Below are positions 31,659-32,000 of a DNA stretch of 32,000 bases, piece after piece. The translations under genes were made by a program, and so were the position numbers. The notes below the pieces were generated by a model, which searched no databases, had not been told where the DNA came from, and saw nothing but the letters and a program-made list of their open reading frames with translations. The stretch spans positions 3,360,001 to 3,392,000 of the forward strand of contig NC_010296.1 in assembly GCF_000010625.1 (NCBI RefSeq). Direction: 5' to 3'. The DNA is from Microcystis aeruginosa NIES-843 (GTDB lineage Bacteria > Cyanobacteriota > Cyanobacteriia > Cyanobacteriales > Microcystaceae). How positions within the stretch are numbered: position 1 is the first letter of the stretch; every line of letters begins with the position of its first letter.

Positions 31659-32000
31659 CTAGGGATTGTTGCCCATAAAAAAAGCACGGAACCCCACAGC
31701 AATCAAGGAACCACTCAAGAGAGTTATTAATGTCCAAATTTGGTTACTTTGGGTTCCTTCCACCTTGATCAGTCGATTATCCATACTATCGACTTTCTCT
31801 GTTAAAGTTGCTAGTCCTATCTTCACATCGGTGACATTTTTCTGTAGGTTGTCTAGCTTTTGCTCGACATTTTTCTGTAAAGTTTCTAGCTTTTGATCAA
31901 ACCTTTTTTCGAGATTATCTAGCTTTTGCTCGAAACTTTTTTCGAGATTATCTAGCTTTTGATCAAACCTTTTTTCGAGATTATCTAGCTTTTGCTCGAA
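31659..32000 (-). CDS. Coiled-coil repeat protein with a C-terminal TM anchor, C-terminal part (5' end outside window)
   Basis: Reverse translation from 32000 stays open for 113 codons. It reads FEQKLDNLEKRFDQKLDNLEKSFEQKLDNLEKRFDQKLETLQKNVEQKLDNLQKNVTDVKIGLATLTEKVDSMDNRLIKVEGTQSNQIWTLITLLSGSLIAVGFRAFFMGNNP, then the stop (31659-31661). It is not in the ORF track because there is no start codon inside the window. Confidence 0.65.
   Translation of the reverse strand, partial: FEQKLDNLEKRFDQKLDNLEKSFEQKLDNLEKRFDQKLETLQKNVEQKLDNLQKNVTDVKIGLATLTEKVDSMDNRLIKVEGTQSNQIWTLITLLSGSLIAVGFRAFFMGNNP
31858..32000. repeat. 33-bp coding tandem repeat (11-aa units)
   Basis: ttttgMtcRaaMctttttt cgagattatctagc units lie at 31858, 31891, 31924 and 31957, with a partial unit at 31990. 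They alternate between two variants (a 66-bp super-period). Confidence 0.9.

Noticed and set aside
31537-31896. 66-aa (minus) and 76-aa (plus) ORFs
   Set aside because: The first spans a family B repeat fragment upstream of the kinase gene. The second is antisense to the coiled-coil repeat gene, whose frame is open to the window edge.
1-32000. tRNA, rRNA, tmRNA, riboswitch or group II intron signatures
   Set aside because: I scanned the intergenic regions for T-loop (GGTTCGAATCC-like) and acceptor-stem pairs and for conserved rRNA blocks, and found none. This was a by-eye scan, so short or divergent ncRNAs cannot be excluded.

Overview
The window looks like a cyanobacterial chromosome. It has many GCGATCGC (HIP1) sites, heptameric STRR-type tandem repeat arrays and at least four small MITE-like repeat families. 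The repeat and gene style is Microcystis-like, but I cannot verify that without a search.

Ordinary genes:
- arsA/GET3-like ATPase fragment, panD, a DUF3598-like gene and an HpcH-like aldolase
- aspS
- an MFP + RND efflux pair, split by a four-helix-bundle (23S-IVS/Avd-like) gene
- an aldo/keto reductase disrupted by a 188-bp MITE with an 8-bp target duplication
- a pseudouridine-synthase / RodZ-like / degenerate ARH-like operon
- a SERCA/PacL-type P-type ATPase
- a hybrid receiver-histidine kinase
- a partial coiled-coil repeat protein

Conflict/immunity-type loci interleaved with these:
1. 22813-26941 (-). A 134-aa helical protein with a hydrophobic N-terminal helix sits directly upstream of a 1233-aa STAND ATPase with a TM segment and 14 WD40 repeats. 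The tail of the small protein and the head of the ATPase share a ~20-residue Gly/Asn/Thr-rich motif. This is the architecture of amyloid-signalling effector/NLR pairs and is my top candidate.
2. 6138-9606 (-). A C39-like papain-fold cysteine peptidase gene is followed by an 872-aa protein. That protein has an unrecognised ~550-aa N-terminal region and a C-terminal FGE-sulfatase-like domain carrying a near-perfect 225-bp in-frame tandem duplication.
3. 10292-11650 (-). A TIR + FGE-sulfatase-like fusion.

Loci 2 and 3 are tandem cassettes. They share a 200-bp 100%-identical structured 3' flank and a 66-bp 5' block with a Shine-Dalgarno-preceded mini-ORF.

The window also holds a vapBC-like TA pair and a decayed second copy of it. 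Upstream of these is a 184-bp tandem duplication in which each copy carries a near-consensus sigma70-type promoter. No rRNA, tRNA or CRISPR array was seen.
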